50,172 nt of DNA, from NCBI GenBank assembly GCA_041494685.1, contig JBGQBE010000020.1:1-50172 (forward strand), given 5' to 3'. Shown piece by piece: positions 9,415-19,555 of the stretch. A program made the position numbers and the translations under genes. Numbering within the stretch: position 1 is the first letter of the stretch; each line of letters starts with the position of its first letter. This DNA comes from Dehalococcoidia bacterium (GTDB taxonomy: Bacteria; Chloroflexota; Dehalococcoidia; DSTF01; JACRBR01). A model generated the notes under the pieces. That model saw nothing but the letters and a program-made list of their open reading frames with translations. It searched no databases and had not been told where the DNA came from.

Positions 9415-10647
9415 TCAGGCCAGCAGGCGCTCGCGCAGCGAATCTTCGAACGCGAGCGCGGGGACCCGGTCGGGGCCGACCATCGCGGCGATCGCCGGCA
9501 ACATGAACGTCGGGTCCGCAGCCTGCCGCTCGTGCACGCGGCGGCGGCGGGCCGCCGCCTCCGGTCCGAACTCGTTTTCGATGGCCGACTGCAGCGCCGC
9601 GCTGAAGCGCAGCCGCCGCATCCGCTCGGCGCGCTCCTCGGCGTACGGCGCGAAGCGCCCCGTCCGCCAGTCCTCACTCTCCAGCAGCAGGTCGCGCACG
9701 ATCCGCACGTCGCGATAGGTCACCGAAAGCCCCTGCCCGATGATCGGGTCGTTGTGGCCCGCCGCATCGCCGATCAGCACGACGCCTTCCGCGTAGGGGA
9801 CGTCGGTCCAGGTGTCCTCGTTCGGGAACGACGCGCACGGGCCGGCGGGCCGCGCGTTCACGATCGCTTCGCTGTGCGGCACCTCCGGCAGCCGGTACGC
9901 GTCGAGGAACGCCCGCGGGCCGCCGTTTCCCGCGAGCCGCTGCGCCTCGCCGCTGGCGTAGCCCAGGTACAGCCGCGCGCGCCCGTTCCCCTGCGGGAAC
10001 ACGAGATAGTGCGTGTCGTCGCTGGCGCCGATCACCTGCGAGTCGGCGGGCCAGCCGTCGGCGCCGTCGATCAGCATGCCCGCGAACAGGTGGTGCGTCC
10101 CGTCGCGGTGCAGTTCGATGCCGGCGGCGCGCCGCACGAGCGATCCGCGTCCGTCGGCGCCGATGATCAGCCGGCAGCGGGCGACGTGCTCGACGCCGTC
10201 ATGCACGTACGTCACCGACGGCGCTGCGCCCGGCGAGGCAGAGACGTCGGCGACGCCGCGCAGCACCGTGGCGCCGGAGGCGACGGCCTGCTCGTGCAGC
10301 AGGTCGCATGACGCGGGGTGCCCGTAGCAGAGCGGGCCGGAGATGCCCGGCAGCAGCGCGCCAAGCGGCAGCGCATTCGCCTGTGCGTGCGCGGGGTCGA
10401 TCCCCTCGCCGTAGGTGATGTGCTTCGCGACGTGGTGCGCGCCGGCCGCGATGAACGCGTCGTACAGGCCCAGCGACTGCAGCTCCGCGACGCCCCACGG
10501 CGCAATCCACTCGCCCCGTACGCGGTCGCGGTACACGGTCGACTTCTCCAGCACCAGCACGGACTTGCCCGCGCGCGCCAGCACCGTGCCCATCGCCCCG
10601 CCGGCGACGCCGCCACCCACGATCACCGCATCGAACTGTCCCTGCAT
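9415..10647 (-). CDS. FAD-dependent monooxygenase/oxidoreductase (UbiH/squalene epoxidase-like)
   Basis: [18 protein letters not shown] and LIGDAAG..DPIIGQG motifs. Confidence 0.88.
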   Translation of the reverse strand: MQGQFDAVIVGGGVAGGAMGTVLARAGKSVLVLEKSTVYRDRVRGEWIAPWGVAELQSLGLYDAFIAAGAHHVAKHITYGEGIDPAHAQANALPLGALLPGISGPLCYGHPASCDLLHEQAVASGATVLRGVADVSASPGAAPSVTYVHDGVEHVARCRLIIGADGRGSLVRRAAGIELHRDGTHHLFAGMLIDGADGWPADSQVIGASDDTHYLVFPQGNGRARLYLGYASGEAQRLAGNGGPRAFLDAYRLPEVPHSEAIVNARPAGPCASFPNEDTWTDVPYAEGVVLIGDAAGHNDPIIGQGLSVTYRDVRIVRDLLLESEDWRTGRFAPYAEERAERMRRLRFSAALQSAIENEFGPEAAARRRRVHERQAADPTFMLPAIAAMVGPDRVPALAFEDSLRERLLA

Positions 10648-10683
10648 GCCCGGCCCTCTTTGTGCGCCGTCGCCCGCGAACCG

Positions 10684-11508
10684 TCAGTCGCTGGCGATCT
10701 CATAGCCGGAGAACGCGAAGACTCGCTCCTGCACGTCCTCCATCTCGGTGACACCGTCGCTCAGCAACGACTCGATGAACTGCTGGCGACGGTTCACGTC
10801 TGCCAGGAACTCGTCGTCGTCCATCCCCAGCCGCCGTGCCGCGGCATTGATCTCCGCCGGCGTCGTCAGCATCTCCCAGTCGTCCGTCTCCCGACGCCAG
10901 CGCGCGATCGAGTGGCGGTCGTACGCCGGTCCCAGCGGCTCCAGCACCGCCACCTCGCTGACGCGGCGCACGCGCTGGCCGCCGCGCATGCCCACGAACA
11001 TCGGCACCACGAACGCCAGGTTGCCGATGTCGCGCGCCGGCACGTCGCACTCGTCGCTCAACTGCTCGATGACGCCGTCCACCGTCTCGGCGTGCATCGT
11101 GGACGCGAGCGAGTAGCCCTGGCCCGCAAGCTCGAACGCCCGCTGCACGTACGGCCCCCACGAGTAGACCGGCAGGTGGTCGCTGATCTCGTTGATCATG
11201 ATGTAGAGCGGCGGGTCGCCGGCGTTACGGGGCGGCAGGCCGAACGTCTCGCCCCAGCCGCGCGTGAAGTAGACCGCCGCTTCGGGCTTCGCGAACGCCA
11301 GCAGCGCCGTGAGGAGCGTCGTCTTCCCCGCGCCCGGCGGCTCCGCTGCCAGGATGATCGAACGCCCGCGCTCCATCACCAGCCAGAGCACCGCGACCAG
11401 GCGCGGCGGCAGCGTGTGCGCGCGCAGGATCTGGGTGATCGAAAGCGCCTCCGGGTGGTTGTACCCGTGCCAGCCCCACCAGCTCTCCGGTTGATTCAGT
11501 GCTCTCAC
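10684..11508 (-). CDS. Stand-alone secretion-type P-loop ATPase (VirB11/CpaF/FlaI-like C-terminal domain only)
   Basis: Walker A PGAGKTT, Walker B-like IMINEI, His-box STMHA, RRVSEV. Confidence 0.7.
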   Translation of the reverse strand: MRALNQPESWWGWHGYNHPEALSITQILRAHTLPPRLVAVLWLVMERGRSIILAAEPPGAGKTTLLTALLAFAKPEAAVYFTRGWGETFGLPPRNAGDPPLYIMINEISDHLPVYSWGPYVQRAFELAGQGYSLASTMHAETVDGVIEQLSDECDVPARDIGNLAFVVPMFVGMRGGQRVRRVSEVAVLEPLGPAYDRHSIARWRRETDDWEMLTTPAEINAAARRLGMDDDEFLADVNRRQQFIESLLSDGVTEMEDVQERVFAFSGYEIASD

Positions 11509-11572
11509 TCACCCATGATATCGGAGCGTCGCGCCATAGGGGCGCCGGGCGCGCGGGACGAAAGAGGATGCG

Positions 11573-12598
11573 ATGAAGCAGGCCGCGCTCACAGGTCCGC
11601 GGACGTTCGAGATCCAGGACGTCGAGAAGCCGCAGCCGGGCCCCGGCGAGGCGCTCGTGCGCGTCCGCAACGTCGGTGTCTGCGGCACGGACGTCCACTT
11701 CTACCGCGGCGACCTGCCGATGCGCCCCGGCCAGTGCATGGGCCACGAGATGGCAGGCGAGGTTGAGCAGGTCGGCGCGGGAGTCACGCGCGTCAAGCCC
11801 GGCGACCGCGTCGCGATCGAGCCGCTCGGTGCCTGCGGCGAATGCGCGCCCTGCCGTGCGGGCCGCTACAACCTCTGCGCGAACCTCAAGTCCTTCGGCC
11901 TGAACACGCCCGGCGGCCTGCGCGAGTTCATGGCGGTGCCTGCATCGACGCTCTATCGCCTGCCGGAGAACGTGGACTGCGAGCTCGGCGCGCTGGCGGA
12001 GCCGCTGGCGGTCGCGGTGCACGGCCTGCGCGGCGTCCATCTCGCCTACGGCGAGCGCGTCGGCGTCCTCGGCGCGGGCACCATCGGGCTCCTCACCGTC
12101 GCGGCGGCGCGCGCGCTGGGCGCCGGCTACGTCGCCGTCACGGCACGCCACCCGCACCAGAAGGCGATGGCCGAGGCGTTCGGCGCTGACGCCGTGCTGC
12201 CGGACGACGCGGAGGGGATCAACGCCCTCCGCAAGGCGCTCGACGGTGGCGGCGACGTGATCGTGGAGACGGTGGGCGGCCACGCGGAGACGCTGGGCCA
12301 GTCGATCACGCTGGTCGCGCCGGGAGGACGCATCTGCGTGCTTGGTCTGTTCAACGCGCCGCTGCAGATCAATCCGCTGCTGCTGACGATCCGCGAAGCC
12401 TCGTTGTTCTTCTCGAACTGCTACAACCGCCCCGGGCCGACGTCCGACTACGACGTCGCGATCGAGATCCTGCACCGGCAGGCGGAGACGCTGCGCCGCA
12501 TGATCACACACCGCTTCCCGCTCGACCGCGTCGCCGACGCCTACGCCACCGCAGACGACAAGCGCAGCGGCGCGATCAAGGTCAGCGTCTCCCCGTAG
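11573..12598 (+). CDS. Zinc-dependent medium-chain alcohol dehydrogenase (sorbitol/threonine dehydrogenase-like)
   Basis: GVCGTD, GHE, CxxCxxC..C, LAEPLAV and GAGTIG motifs. Confidence 0.92.
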   Translation: MKQAALTGPRTFEIQDVEKPQPGPGEALVRVRNVGVCGTDVHFYRGDLPMRPGQCMGHEMAGEVEQVGAGVTRVKPGDRVAIEPLGACGECAPCRAGRYNLCANLKSFGLNTPGGLREFMAVPASTLYRLPENVDCELGALAEPLAVAVHGLRGVHLAYGERVGVLGAGTIGLLTVAAARALGAGYVAVTARHPHQKAMAEAFGADAVLPDDAEGINALRKALDGGGDVIVETVGGHAETLGQSITLVAPGGRICVLGLFNAPLQINPLLLTIREASLFFSNCYNRPGPTSDYDVAIEILHRQAETLRRMITHRFPLDRVADAYATADDKRSGAIKVSVSP

Positions 12599-12623
12599 CG
12601 CGAACCGCGTGGCACAACCATCC

Positions 12624-12648
12624 CCGGCTGTGCGTCCGGCGCAGCCGG
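12624..12648. terminator. Hairpin between convergent genes
   Basis: CCGGCTGTGC-GTCCG-GCGCAGCCGG with no U-tract. Confidence 0.3.
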
Positions 12649-12656
12649 ACCAGCGC

Positions 12657-13334
12657 TCAGTTCGCTTCCGGAAGCGACGCCAGGCGCGCGTCCACCGTGG
12701 CCGCCAGTGCGGCGAGGTCGATGCCGGGCGTCGCGTCGGCGGTCGTGCCGTGCACCAGCAGCACGAACACCTTGCCGTGCACGAACGCCAGCACTTCGCC
12801 GCTGATCGTCTGCGTCCCGCCGCCCGCGCTCACGGTGCCGCCATAGCGGAAGGACTGCGCCCCCGGCGGCCCGCCCGTCACCGTGATCGGCGCCGAGGTC
12901 GGGTCCGGCGCGCTCGCCGTGAGCCCCTGGAGATACGCCTGCGGGTTGAAGTTCTGCATCAGCGGCAGCGGCCCGCCGCTGTCCGGGACGATCAGCGCCA
13001 CGTTGACGAACTCGGTCTGCTTGTCGCGGCCGAAGCGCGCCGCCGCGACCGACGCGCGCACCGCCTGGCCCGGGAACTGGTCCGCTGGCACGAATTGGAC
13101 GCCGCTTGCCAGGCGCGGCAGCGCCGCCGGCAGATCCGCGGATTGCAGCAGCGCCGCCTGGATCTGCGTCGCCACGCTGCTTGCGAGCGCCGTCTTCTCG
13201 GCGTCCTGGTCGGGCGTCGCCGTGGCGGCGCTCCCGGCGTCCGGCGTGCCGACCACGCTCTTCGACGATCCGCCGCCGCACGCCACCAGCACTGCGCAGG
13301 CCAGCAGCGCCACGGCCAGCAGCGACCGCCTCAA
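12657..13334 (-). CDS. Hypothetical lipoprotein
   Basis: Signal peptide with lipobox LVAC followed by GGGSS and a Thr/Pro/Ala linker. TTG start overlaps the aroB stop. Confidence 0.7.
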   Translation of the reverse strand: MRRSLLAVALLACAVLVACGGGSSKSVVGTPDAGSAATATPDQDAEKTALASSVATQIQAALLQSADLPAALPRLASGVQFVPADQFPGQAVRASVAAARFGRDKQTEFVNVALIVPDSGGPLPLMQNFNPQAYLQGLTASAPDPTSAPITVTGGPPGAQSFRYGGTVSAGGGTQTISGEVLAFVHGKVFVLLVHGTTADATPGIDLAALAATVDARLASLPEAN

Positions 13335-14410
13335 ACAAGCACCTCTGCCAGCGCCGCCAGCACCGCATCGTCCGGCACGTCGTCGCGGATCACCGGGCGG
13401 CCGAAGTCCTCCAGCAGCACCCAGCGCACGCGCGTTGCCGCGACTTTCTTGTCGTGCGCCATCGCCGCGACGACCGCGCCGGCGTCGATGCCCGCGTGCG
13501 CCAGCGGCAGGCCGTAGCGCTCGAACAGCGCCCGCTGCCGCTCGCCGACCGCGGCGGGCGTCACGCCCATGCGGCGGCCGATCGCCGCCGCCGCCATCAT
13601 GCCCGCGCTGATCGCCTCGCCGTGCAAGATGCCCGCGTAGCCGCTCACCGCCTCGATGGCGTGACCGACGGTGTGTCCGTAGTTCAGGATCATCCGCCGG
13701 CCGCCCTCGCGCTCGTCGTCCGACACGACCGCGGCTTTCAGCGCCACGTTGCGCGCCACGATCTCCGTCGTCAGTTCCGGCTCGACCGCCAGCAGCCTGT
13801 CCGCGTCGCGCTCCAGCGCGTCCAGCATCGGCGGGTCCATGATCAGCCCGTGCTTGATCACCTCCGCGAACCCCTCACGCAAGGCGCGCGGCGGCAGCGA
13901 CGCCAGCAGCGACGTGTCCTCCACGACGAGCGCGGGCGCGTAGAACGCACCGATCAGGTTCTTGCCGCGCGGATGGTCGACCGCCACCTTGCCGCCGATC
14001 GCGGCGTCCACCATCGCCAGCAGCGACGTGGGCGCCTGCACGAGCGGCACGCCGCGCAGGTACGTCGCCGCCGCGAAGCCCGCCAGGTCGCCCGTGACGC
14101 CGCCGCCGAGCGCGACCACCGTTGATGATCGCTCGGCGTGGCGCTCCAGCAGCCAGTCGTAGACGCCGCGCACCGTCTCAAGCGACTTGCTCTGCTCGCC
14201 CGCCGGGAACATGTAGAGGTCAGCGGCGAACCCGGCGGCCGCCAGCGACGCGAGCGCCCGTTCGCCCGCGATCGCGCCGACGTTGTTGTCGGTCACGACG
14301 AACGCCGTGCCGCCCAGGCCGGCGCCGCGCATCAGCGCGCCCAGGTCGTCGAGCGCGCCCCAGCGGCAGTGGATCTCGTACGCGCCGCTGCGCGCGGTGA
14401 CGCGGATCAC
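13331..14410 (-). CDS. aroB: 3-dehydroquinate synthase
   Basis: ALGGGVTGDLAGF, DAAIGGK, EVIKH and LNYGHT motifs. Confidence 0.96.
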   Translation of the reverse strand: MIRVTARSGAYEIHCRWGALDDLGALMRGAGLGGTAFVVTDNNVGAIAGERALASLAAAGFAADLYMFPAGEQSKSLETVRGVYDWLLERHAERSSTVVALGGGVTGDLAGFAAATYLRGVPLVQAPTSLLAMVDAAIGGKVAVDHPRGKNLIGAFYAPALVVEDTSLLASLPPRALREGFAEVIKHGLIMDPPMLDALERDADRLLAVEPELTTEIVARNVALKAAVVSDDEREGGRRMILNYGHTVGHAIEAVSGYAGILHGEAISAGMMAAAAIGRRMGVTPAAVGERQRALFERYGLPLAHAGIDAGAVVAAMAHDKKVAATRVRWVLLEDFGRPVIRDDVPDDAVLAALAEVLV

Positions 14411-14955
14411 ACCGGTCCCCGCGCCACGGCGGAGCGTTCGCGAAACGCCAGCAGCACCTGGTGCGTCACCTGGTCCGGCGTCAACTCGTCTGTCTGGATG
14501 ATGAAGTCCGCCTGCGCGTAGAGCGGCTGGCGCGCCGACTTCAGCTCCACGATCTTCTGGAGCGCGTCGCCGCCCCGCAGCAGCGGCCGCTCCGACACCG
14601 GGCCACCGGCGTCCGTGAGCCGCGCCAGGATCGTCTCCGGCCGTGCGTCCAGGCAGGCGACGAAGCCGCGCCGCCGCATCGTCTCGCGGTTCGACTCGGC
14701 CAGCACCGCGCCTCCGCCCGTCGCGACGACGACGTTATCCCGTCGCGCGATCTCCTCCAGCAGCGACGTTTCGAGTACTCGGAAGGCGGCCTCGCCACCG
14801 CTCGCGAAGATGTCAGTGATCGGCTCGCGCGCGCGCTCTTCGATCAGCTTGTCCAGGTCCACGGCCTCCCAGTCCAGCGCCGCCGCCAGCGCGCGCACCA
14901 CGCGCGACTTGCCCGTGCCGGAGAACCCGATCAGCCAGATCTGCTCGTACGACAT
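14407..14955 (-). CDS. aroK: Shikimate kinase
   Basis: LIGFSGTGKS, GEAAFR, ATGGG, RPLL. Alternative start GTG 14967. Confidence 0.95.
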   Translation of the reverse strand: MSYEQIWLIGFSGTGKSRVVRALAAALDWEAVDLDKLIEERAREPITDIFASGGEAAFRVLETSLLEEIARRDNVVVATGGGAVLAESNRETMRRRGFVACLDARPETILARLTDAGGPVSERPLLRGGDALQKIVELKSARQPLYAQADFIIQTDELTPDQVTHQVLLAFRERSAVARGPV

Positions 14956-14967
14956 ATCGTCTCGCAC

Positions 14968-16146
14968 CTAGGATTCGCGCAGGTCGCGCGGCCCTGTGGT
15001 CGCCTGGAACGCGCGCCAGTTGCGCAGCGTCTCACCCATCGAATCGCCGCCAAATTTCTCGAGCGCCGCCGTCGCCAGCACGATCGCGCACATCGCCTCG
15101 ACGATGATGCCCGCCGCCGGCACCACGCAGACGTCGCTCCGCTCGTAGTGCGCCGCGATCTCCTCACCCGTCCGCAGGTCCGCCGACGGCAGCGACCGCG
15201 GCAGCGTCGCGATCGGCTTCAGCGCCACGCGCACCACCAGGTCCTGGCCGTCCGTGATGCCGCCCTCCGTGCCGCCCGCGTTGTTCGTCGCGCGCTCCCA
15301 CGGGCGATCAGTCCACTGCTCGCGCGGCAGGATCACGTCGTGTACGTGCGAGCCCGTCGTGCGCGTCGCCGCGAAGCCCGCGCCGATCTCGACGCCCTTC
15401 ACGCTGTGGATGCTCATCAGCGCCTGCGCGAGCAGGCCGTCGATCTTCCGGTCCCACATCACGTGGCTGCCGAGGCCCATCGGCACGTTGCGCACGCGCC
15501 CCTCCACCACGCCGCCCAGCGTGTCGCCGGCGTTGCGCGCCGCGTCGATCGCCGCCACCATCCGCTCCGCCGCCGCGCCGTCCGCGCAGCGCACCGGCGA
15601 CTCCTCGACCGCGTCCCAGTCGATCTCCGGTGGTACGTCGGCGAACACCTCGCCGATCTGCACCGTATGGCTGTGGAAGCTCATGCCGAACTCTTCCAGG
15701 AAGCGCTTGCACACCGCGCCCACCGCTACGCGCGACGCCGTCTCTCGCGCGCTCGCGCGCTCAAGGATCGGCCGCACGTCGTCGAAGTCGTACTTCACCG
15801 TGCCCGCGAGGTCGGCGTGGCCCGGCCGCAGCCGCGTGATCTTCTCGATCTCGCCCTCCACCGTGTCGACGGACATCGCCTCCGTCCAGTTCACCCAGTC
15901 GCGGTTCTCGATCGTCAGCGCGATCGGGCTGCCCAGCGTGAGTCCGTGCCGCACGCCGGAGATGATCTCGGCGCGGTCCTGCTCGATCTTCTGGCGCCGG
16001 CCGCGGCCGTAGCCGCCCTGCCGCCGCCGCAGATCGACGGCGATGTACTCCTCGGAGACGGCCAGCCCGGCGGGCATCCCCTCGACGATCATCACCAGGC
16101 CCTTGCCGTGCGATTCGCCGGCGGTCAGAAAGCGCAGCACAGCCAT
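14968..16146 (-). CDS. aroC: Chorismate synthase
   Basis: LRFLTAGESHG, RPGHAD, ERASARET, NNAGGTEGG, ERSD. Start ATG 16146. Confidence 0.97.
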   Translation of the reverse strand: MAVLRFLTAGESHGKGLVMIVEGMPAGLAVSEEYIAVDLRRRQGGYGRGRRQKIEQDRAEIISGVRHGLTLGSPIALTIENRDWVNWTEAMSVDTVEGEIEKITRLRPGHADLAGTVKYDFDDVRPILERASARETASRVAVGAVCKRFLEEFGMSFHSHTVQIGEVFADVPPEIDWDAVEESPVRCADGAAAERMVAAIDAARNAGDTLGGVVEGRVRNVPMGLGSHVMWDRKIDGLLAQALMSIHSVKGVEIGAGFAATRTTGSHVHDVILPREQWTDRPWERATNNAGGTEGGITDGQDLVVRVALKPIATLPRSLPSADLRTGEEIAAHYERSDVCVVPAAGIIVEAMCAIVLATAALEKFGGDSMGETLRNWRAFQATTGPRDLRES

Positions 16147-16814
16147 CAGTCCTTGTAGAACGCGGCCGGTACGCCGCTGCTGTCCGTCACGTCGGGGTCG
16201 ATCGGTGTCGGGTTGCGGCGGGCGTCCACTACGAACCGCCCGCCGAACGCCCGCACGATCTCCTCGGCGTCCATCTCGTCCCAGTCCACCACGTCGGCCA
16301 CGTCGCGGCGGCAGAGCGTGGAGAGCACGCACCGCTGCGACGATCCCGTCCCGTCGCGGAACGTGCTGTAGATGTCAATCTGCGCGTACGGCAGCCGCAC
16401 GTTCGGGATGTCGTACATCACCATGTCCGCGAGCTTCGCTGTCAGCTTCATGCCCTCGCGCAGCGCGTTCGAGACTTCCTGGCGCGCGCCGTTCACCAGC
16501 GCGTACTGCCCCTCCGCAGCCGCGCTCAGCCGCACGCCGTCCGGCTTCACCTCCACCAGCTCGGCGCTCTGCACGCCGTGCCAGAGCGACGCCTCGATGC
16601 CCTTGGGCATCCGCGACGCCTTCCAGCGCGCCACCTCGTCGCTCACGAGCGTCTGGATCGCGCTCACGTCACCCTCATCGACCAGCTTCCGCCAGGCGAG
16701 CTGCGCCCGCGTCGCCTGCGTGATGACGAACCCCACGAAGAGGAACAGCACCAGCACGCCCATGCTGGCGCCCACGAGGCCCCAGTCCGACGCGGCGAGC
16801 AACGGCAATATCAT
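16146..16814 (-). CDS. Hypothetical protein with N-terminal TM helix
   Basis: Hydrophobic residues ~11-31, coding-like codon usage, stop overlapping the aroC ATG, and -10-like CATAAT 6 nt upstream of the ATG. Confidence 0.7.
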   Translation of the reverse strand: MILPLLAASDWGLVGASMGVLVLFLFVGFVITQATRAQLAWRKLVDEGDVSAIQTLVSDEVARWKASRMPKGIEASLWHGVQSAELVEVKPDGVRLSAAAEGQYALVNGARQEVSNALREGMKLTAKLADMVMYDIPNVRLPYAQIDIYSTFRDGTGSSQRCVLSTLCRRDVADVVDWDEMDAEEIVRAFGGRFVVDARRNPTPIDPDVTDSSGVPAAFYKD

Positions 16815-16863
16815 GCGGGAATTATGGCAGATGCTCGCCGAAGCCGCCGATCACGGTTGACGC

Positions 16864-17040
16864 GGACGCGGAACCCAGGGACGGGCGCTGCAGTTCCCAC
16901 CAGGTTGTTGAACGATCCGCGTGAACGTCGTCGGCTGACGGGGCAGTTGACGAGAAGAGCCGAGGCGTTCATGATAGCGGCCTGGATCTTCATGGACGCG
17001 CACGCCTGATTCCGGGCCTTGGTCCCAGGCGCGGCGTCCC
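16864..17040 (-). ncRNA. ssrS: Probable 6S RNA
   Basis: About 177-nt rod fold on the minus strand: GGACGC/GCGTCC, GGGACCAAGG/CCTGGGTTCC, TGCGCGT/ACTGCA, CCAGG/CCTGG, TGAACG/CGTTCA, TCGGCT/AGCCGA, with internal bubbles. The GTGCGCGT...GTTCAACAACCTGG segments resemble 6S RNAs as I recall them; no covariance model was run. Confidence 0.55.
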
Positions 17041-17078
17041 GGGCGCAGGGTTCAGGACTTCAAGAGAGGAATGACCCA

Positions 17079-17558
17079 ATGGGAACTCGTTCAGAAGCAC
17101 TCGCGGGCACGTTCGAGCAAGCCGTCGCCGAATTCGCGGAGGCTGTCGAGTCGTGCTCTGACGCTCAGTGGCGCGCGCTATGCGGCGCCGAGGGCTGGAC
17201 CGTCGCCGCGACGGCTCAGCATGTTGCCGGTCAGTTCCCCCTTGAGCGCGAATTCGTCGAGGAGGCAGCGAACGGCGGGAAGGGCCTGACCTACACGTGG
17301 GACGACATCAACGGCAAGAACGACCGCCGCGCCGCAGCCAACACCATTTGCAACAAGGACGACGTGCTGGCACTCCTCCGCAAGGACGGCGCTGCCATGT
17401 CTGCCTACGTCCGCAGCCTGAGCGATGAGCAACTCGATCGGACCGCACCGCTTGCCCTTGCCGACGGCGCAGCGGTGAGCACGCAGCAACTGATCGAGGG
17501 CGGCGTGTTGATCGAGCATCTAAAGGGGCATCTGCAGAGCATCCGATCAGCGATGTGA
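17079..17558 (+). CDS. DinB / MDMPI-like four-helix bundle protein
   Basis: W..LC.AEGWTVAATAQH, LSDEQLDR and C-terminal H...H..SI. Start ATG 17079. Confidence 0.75.
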   Translation: MGTRSEALAGTFEQAVAEFAEAVESCSDAQWRALCGAEGWTVAATAQHVAGQFPLEREFVEEAANGGKGLTYTWDDINGKNDRRAAANTICNKDDVLALLRKDGAAMSAYVRSLSDEQLDRTAPLALADGAAVSTQQLIEGGVLIEHLKGHLQSIRSAM

Positions 17559-17601
17559 CGCCGGCCGCGCTCTCGCCCCTGAGATCTCTCGGACTGCGCC
17601 G

Positions 17602-18462
17602 CTACGCCGGCGCGAGCGCGCCGCGTGCCGCGTCGAACATCGCCTTCGTGTCGGCGTCTTTGCCGGTCCACAGCTTGAACGACTCCGCCGCCTGGTACAC
17701 CAGCATCGCCAGCCCCGTCGTCGCCTTCGCACCGCGCGACTTCGCAGCCGCAACGAACGGCGTCTCGGCCGGGTTGTAGACCAGGTCGAAGAACAGTGTG
17801 TGCGCCTGCATCAGGTCGGCCGGCACCGGCGACTGTCCCGCCGTCTCCGATCCCGCGACGCCCACCGGCGTACAGTTCACGACGAGATCCGCCTCCTGCA
17901 GGCTGCGCAGGTACGAGCCGTCGCCCCAGTACGCCCACGAGATCGTCGTGCCGGACGGCGTCAGCGGCTTCAGGCTCAGCACCATCTGCTCGATCTTGCG
18001 CGGCTGCCGCCCCACGACGTAGATCACCGCCGCCCCCGCCTCGACCAGCGCCAGTCCGACCGCGCGCGCCGCGCCGCCGTTGCCCAGCAGCATCGTCCGC
18101 TTGCCCTTCGCGTCGAAGCCCGCGTCCTCGCGCAGCGCCCGCGCGAAGCCCGTGACGTCGGTGTTGTGGCCGATGAGCTTGCCGTCCGCGTGCACGATCG
18201 TGTTGACCGCGCCCGCCTTCGTCGCCAGCTCCGTCGTGCCGTCGAGCAGCGGCACGACGGCCTGCTTGTGCGGGATCGTCACGTTCGCGCCCAGGAAGTC
18301 CGCGCCGCGCAGCGCCGCGATGCGCCCGTCCAGCACCGCCGGCTCCGTGTCCCACGCCTCGTACGTGGCGTCGATGCCCGCCGCCTTGAACGCCGCGCCG
18401 AACAGCGCCGGGCTGATCGAGTGTCCGAGTGGATGGCCGATGACTCCCGCGCGCTTCGTCAC
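17602..18462 (-). CDS. aroE: Shikimate dehydrogenase
   Basis: GHSISP, GANVTIPHK, GAVNT, NTD, GNGGAARA, DLVYNP, MLVYQA. Confidence 0.96.
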   Translation of the reverse strand: MTKRAGVIGHPLGHSISPALFGAAFKAAGIDATYEAWDTEPAVLDGRIAALRGADFLGANVTIPHKQAVVPLLDGTTELATKAGAVNTIVHADGKLIGHNTDVTGFARALREDAGFDAKGKRTMLLGNGGAARAVGLALVEAGAAVIYVVGRQPRKIEQMVLSLKPLTPSGTTISWAYWGDGSYLRSLQEADLVVNCTPVGVAGSETAGQSPVPADLMQAHTLFFDLVYNPAETPFVAAAKSRGAKATTGLAMLVYQAAESFKLWTGKDADTKAMFDAARGALAPA

Positions 18463-18472
18463 GTGCTTGCTC

Positions 18473-19555
18473 CTACTGTCCGGACTGCTGCTGGATCTGG
18501 CGGTACTTCTCGACGTTGCGCAGGTGCTCTTCCAGCGTCTCCGCGAACACGTGCGATCCGTCGCCCTTCGCCACGAAGAAGAGGTAGTTCGTCTGCTCCG
18601 GCCGCACCACCGCCTGGATCGCGTCGAACCCCGGGTTCGCGATCGGCCCCGGCGGCAGCCCCGCCTTGACGTAGGTATTGTACGGCGAATCGAGGTGCAG
18701 GTCGTCGATCGTCAGCTCTTTCTTCCAGTAGCCGTACTGGGCGACGCTGTCGGCGCTCTGCGCGACGGCGTACTGCACCGTCGGGTCGGCCTGCAGCTGT
18801 AGCCCCAGCCGCAGCCGGTTCAGGTACACGCTGGCGATGCGCGGACGCTCCGACGGCACCTGCGCCTCGCGCTCGACGATCGACGCCAGCGTGACCACCT
18901 GGTCCAGCGTCAGATCCTGGCCCTCGAGCTGCAGCTTGTCCGCGACGTTCGCCTGGAACGCGTCCAGCATCCTGCTCACGACGTCCTGCGCGCTCGTGCC
19001 CTTGTTGAAGTCGTACGTCGCCGGGAAGATGAACCCCTCCAGGCCGGCGGCCGTGGACTGCTGCAGGAACGGCTGGTCGTAGCGGCCGCGCACGAGCGCC
19101 TCCATGAAGCTCTGCTGGCTGACGATGCCCGCCTTCTCCAGCAGCGCCCCCACCTCCTCGGCCCGCAGCCCCTCCGGGATGGTCACCTCGCGCGACGCCG
19201 TGCGCCCCTCGGCGATGCGGCGCACCACCTCGACGGCGGGCAGCCCCGGGTCGAACTCGTAGTCGCCTGCCTGTAGCGAATTCTGCACGCCCGTAACGCC
19301 CACGAGCACCTCGAACAGCCGCTTGCTCCGGATGACGCCCTGCTTCTGCAGGTCCGCGCCGATGTCGCTGCTCGTCTCGCCCTTCTTGACCGTGATCAAG
19401 ACGGTCTGGCCGTTCGTCGCGGCCGGCGGGATCGTATGCTCGTTCTCCTCCGTGAAAACGGAGCCGGGCGTCTGCATGACGAACCATGCGAGGCCCACCG
19501 TCAGCGCCACCGCGAACGCCCCCGCCAGCACACCCACCACGCGATACGCGTTCAC
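18473..19555 (-). CDS. mltG: Endolytic transglycosylase MltG
   Basis: N-terminal TM, TIPEG, LASIVERE, LQADPTVQY, SPYNTY...GLPPGPIANPG. Confidence 0.95.
   Translation of the reverse strand: MNAYRVVGVLAGAFAVALTVGLAWFVMQTPGSVFTEENEHTIPPAATNGQTVLITVKKGETSSDIGADLQKQGVIRSKRLFEVLVGVTGVQNSLQAGDYEFDPGLPAVEVVRRIAEGRTASREVTIPEGLRAEEVGALLEKAGIVSQQSFMEALVRGRYDQPFLQQSTAAGLEGFIFPATYDFNKGTSAQDVVSRMLDAFQANVADKLQLEGQDLTLDQVVTLASIVEREAQVPSERPRIASVYLNRLRLGLQLQADPTVQYAVAQSADSVAQYGYWKKELTIDDLHLDSPYNTYVKAGLPPGPIANPGFDAIQAVVRPEQTNYLFFVAKGDGSHVFAETLEEHLRNVEKYRQIQQQSGQ

Noticed and set aside
16864..17060. SRP RNA, tmRNA or riboswitch as alternatives to 6S
   Set aside because: No SRP GNRA/AGCAG domain IV motif, no tRNA-like ends and no riboswitch core that I recognise.
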